A DNA stretch of 32,194 nt from Trichomonas gallinae. Lineage: Eukaryota. Positions 29,959 through 32,194 of this stretch are shown piece by piece. A model generated the notes under the pieces. The model saw only the letters and a program-made list of their open reading frames with translations. It made no database searches and was not told the origin of the DNA. The position numbers and the translations under genes are program-made. The stretch spans positions 1-32,194 of the forward strand of contig MRSU01005286.1 of the NCBI GenBank assembly GCA_008369845.1, written 5' to 3'. The number at the start of each line of letters is the position of its first letter. The first letter of the stretch is position 1.

Positions 29959-29997
29959 AACCGCTTGAGAACACAAAAATGTAAATATTCTTCATTT
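29959..29997 (+). promoter_or_regulatory. M3 element plus initiator upstream of Myb gene
   Basis: AACCGCTT at 29959-29966 matches M3. TCATTT at 29992-29997 is Inr-like and ends 15 nt before the ATG. Confidence 0.5.
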
Positions 29998-30011
29998 ATT
30001 TTTGAAGTTTG

Positions 30012-30476
30012 ATGCAGAAGACGATTCATCGATTTTCTCATGAAGACGATGAAATCATTAAGAGGTACTTCAAGAAGTATGCGAACGACAGAAGCCTAGC
30101 TATTCAAAAGATTCAAGAGCAAATCGGTAAACATCATAAAAAGAAATCTATTGAAGAACGTTATAGAAGCTTTTTAAGCAGAAATATGAATCCATTCACA
30201 CAAGATGAGGATAGGATGATAATGCAATTGCACATGCTCTTTAAAAATTCTTGGGCTTCAATTGCAAAACAATTACAAACTAACAGATCAGGAGACCAAG
30301 TTAAAATTAGATTTGGTCAATTGACTCGTCAAAAGAAACCTACGCCGAGTGTTGTTAATCAAACCCAAATTCCAATTATTTTTCCAAACATAGAAGGATC
30401 TTTACCGGGCATTCAACCCAACGATTCAGACATATCTTACCTCGAATTCGACAATTTATTGAATCCTCGCCATTAA
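30012..30476 (+). CDS. Myb-like DNA-binding protein (two divergent repeats)
   Basis: RFSHEDDEII...ERYRSFL and PFTQDEDRMIMQLHMLFKNSWASIAKQLQTNRSGDQVKIRF are Myb repeats typical of the expanded trichomonad family. ATG at 30012. Confidence 0.9.
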   Translation: MQKTIHRFSHEDDEIIKRYFKKYANDRSLAIQKIQEQIGKHHKKKSIEERYRSFLSRNMNPFTQDEDRMIMQLHMLFKNSWASIAKQLQTNRSGDQVKIRFGQLTRQKKPTPSVVNQTQIPIIFPNIEGSLPGIQPNDSDISYLEFDNLLNPRH

Positions 30477-30910
30477 TATTTTATTCCGCTCAATTGATTA
30501 TAATTAGTCGTCACAATATATATTAATTCTTATAGAAATATCTTATACATGTTATTTTACATTGTTTCACGCAGCATTTCAATTATTAATTTTTGATCTT
30601 ATATTATTGTATTGTTAAACCTGCAGCTACACTAATTCAATAAACGTATTCTTCTTGTGTGTATTGTTATTAAACATTATTAGCTTTTTGGCGAAAAATT
30701 TAATTTACATAAAAAAATATAAGATTTACAACCAAATTCTAGGAAGTATAATGCGTGAAAGGGACTTAAAAACGATATGGTTATAAGTAGAATGAATATT
30801 ATTAATTGTTGTCAGAACGTCTTGAAATTTAGAATATAAAGGTTTTAGAGGTTATATGTAACAAAAATAGCAAAATCAAAAACTCGATGAAAAATTTGTA
30901 AAAATTTAAA

Positions 30911-30918
30911 AAAGTGAC
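30911..30918 (+). promoter_or_regulatory. M2 motif (AAAGTGAC) upstream of ubiquitin-like gene
   Basis: The + strand reads AAAGTGACAGAATAACAATG. Confidence 0.55.
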
Positions 30919-30927
30919 AGAATAACA

Positions 30928-31572
30928 ATGCTGACATTAAAAGTGAAATACAAAAACGACATATTCCCATATCAGATCAAGAAAATCACAACAAACAGCG
31001 CGTTCATAAAACTGCTCGCCAAGGAACTTTGCTTGGAGCCAAATTCGATCAAATTATTTTATAAAGGAAAAACTCTTGCGAATTCGAAAGAAAACAAACT
31101 GGTAAACGATGGAATAAAAGATGGTGATAAAATTTTACTCACTGCCGTTGACAAAAGCATTAAGCTTCCAAAACCAAAACGATCGGGCAACAAAAAACAA
31201 CCAAAGAATCAGCAGTACGAAGATATACCTATACCTGATATTGTGCGGAAAGGACCACCACCGGGCTGCATGGACGGACTTCATGCCCCGGTATCGAAAT
31301 TTCCTAAAACACCTTTCGTTGTATACACAAAAGATGGTAGTATTGCAAAGCTGTCAATAGAATCTGATGCATTATTCGTCGAATACAATGATGGTGCTGT
31401 AGAAAGACTTTTTGATATTTCATATAATGCAGAAAAAACACAAGATGTGCCGAATTTTTCAAATTATATTTCACTGTATATTAATACCAACGATGAATTA
31501 CGCGTGTATCATTATATTCCGAAACAGTTCCAAAATCTCTTCAAAGACTTCTTAAATTCGTTATCTAAATGA
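30928..31572 (+). CDS. Protein with N-terminal ubiquitin-like domain and uncharacterised C-terminal domain
   Basis: MLTLKVKY...LEPNSIKLFYKGKTL...LVNDGIKDGDKILL matches the Ubl pattern (QKLIxxGKxL...LxxxGIxDGxxIxL). There is no di-Gly at the end of the domain. Confidence 0.85.
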   Translation: MLTLKVKYKNDIFPYQIKKITTNSAFIKLLAKELCLEPNSIKLFYKGKTLANSKENKLVNDGIKDGDKILLTAVDKSIKLPKPKRSGNKKQPKNQQYEDIPIPDIVRKGPPPGCMDGLHAPVSKFPKTPFVVYTKDGSIAKLSIESDALFVEYNDGAVERLFDISYNAEKTQDVPNFSNYISLYINTNDELRVYHYIPKQFQNLFKDFLNSLSK

Positions 31573-32100
31573 TATATAATTAAGTTGAAACTGAAATTCA
31601 AAAAGTAGCACTGGTAGCTTTTGTATTTCGTGATTTAATTTACTAATGGAACAACTTTCTGATTTCCAGTCGATTGGAATCGTATTTTTGGAATATTGCG
31701 TTAATAAAGTGTTAATTTTTTTTATGAATTCAATATTATTTATTATATTTTTATTTTTCTTAGAGGAACGAACTAAAATGACATAAATTTCGATCATTTA
31801 TATTCATACATTGCTATCTCATCATTCGAAAACCAATTTTTTATTTAATTATTCATCTGAATCTTTTACGCCTAAAATTGATAAATCAGTGACAGATATA
31901 TTTTATATATTAAAATAAATATATATTCAATTTTCTATTAGATATAAGCAACATTTTTCACATGATTAAATTTTATGATGATATATTGAGTTTATAAATT
32001 CAAGTTATCAATAATTATGCGGTAAAAAGGCTTGAAAACAATTAGACTGCATACTTGATTCCAAATAATTAGTATTGATGACTCCGATTATAATTTTTAA

Positions 32101-32111
32101 AAAAGAAAAAA
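32101..32111 (-). terminator. RNA polymerase III T-run terminator of tRNA-Phe
   Basis: The minus strand reads TTTTTTCTTTT starting about 7 nt after the discriminator base. Confidence 0.75.
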
Positions 32112-32117
32112 GTATTT

Positions 32118-32190
32118 TGGGCCTTCGCGGACTTGAACCACGTACCTTGCGATCTTCAGTCGCACGCTCTCCCAGGTGAGCTAAAGGCCC
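32118..32190 (-). tRNA. tRNA-Phe(GAA): tRNA-Phe (anticodon GAA)
   Basis: The minus strand GGGCCTT TA GCTC ACCTGGGA GAGC G TGCGA CTGAAGA TCGCA AGGTA CGTGG TTCAAGT CCGCG AAGGCCC A forms a complete 73-nt cloverleaf with no intron and no encoded CCA. Confidence 0.98.
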
Positions 32191-32194
32191 TTAC

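Noticed and set aside
1..32194. Spliceosomal introns and transposons (Maverick, Tc1/mariner, Mutator)
   Set aside because: All genes read as uninterrupted ORFs. I saw no ACTAACACACAG-type intron end and no transposase, integrase, polB ORF or long terminal inverted repeats.

Overview
Gene-dense, apparently intron-free eukaryotic DNA with very AT-rich intergenic spacers, most consistent with Trichomonas vaginalis or a close parabasalid. This assignment is inferred from TCAYT initiator-like, AAAGTGAC (M2) and RRC[G/C]GYT (M3) core-promoter motifs, TAA stops merged into TAAA poly(A) signals, and flagellar, Myb and ankyrin content. About 16 protein genes are supported: MNS1, a PA200/Blm10 proteasome activator, an importin-beta-type HEAT protein, a non-catalytic PDI-like protein, a MYST acetyltransferase, dynein light chain p28, WDR3/Utp12, a tetraspanin, a FOP/FOR20-type LisH protein, a Myb protein, a ubiquitin-like-domain protein and several hypotheticals. 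There is also a tRNA-Phe(GAA). The most interesting signals lie outside the ORF track: (1) about 13 same-orientation TTGNCAYGTAA boxes phased at about 21 bp across the divergent promoter at 20271-20532, with single copies upstream of other genes; (2) a two-hairpin box H/ACA-like RNA at about 1260-1377 (-) with its own M3 elements; (3) a 77-aa secreted twin-CX3C peptide; (4) a PA200 ending in SYIS rather than a canonical HbYX tail; (5) a tRNA-like structured island at about 27.1 kb; and (6) ankyrin and possible sulfotransferase gene relics. No transposon or CRISPR array was seen. All protein calls come from motif recognition by eye; no searches were run.
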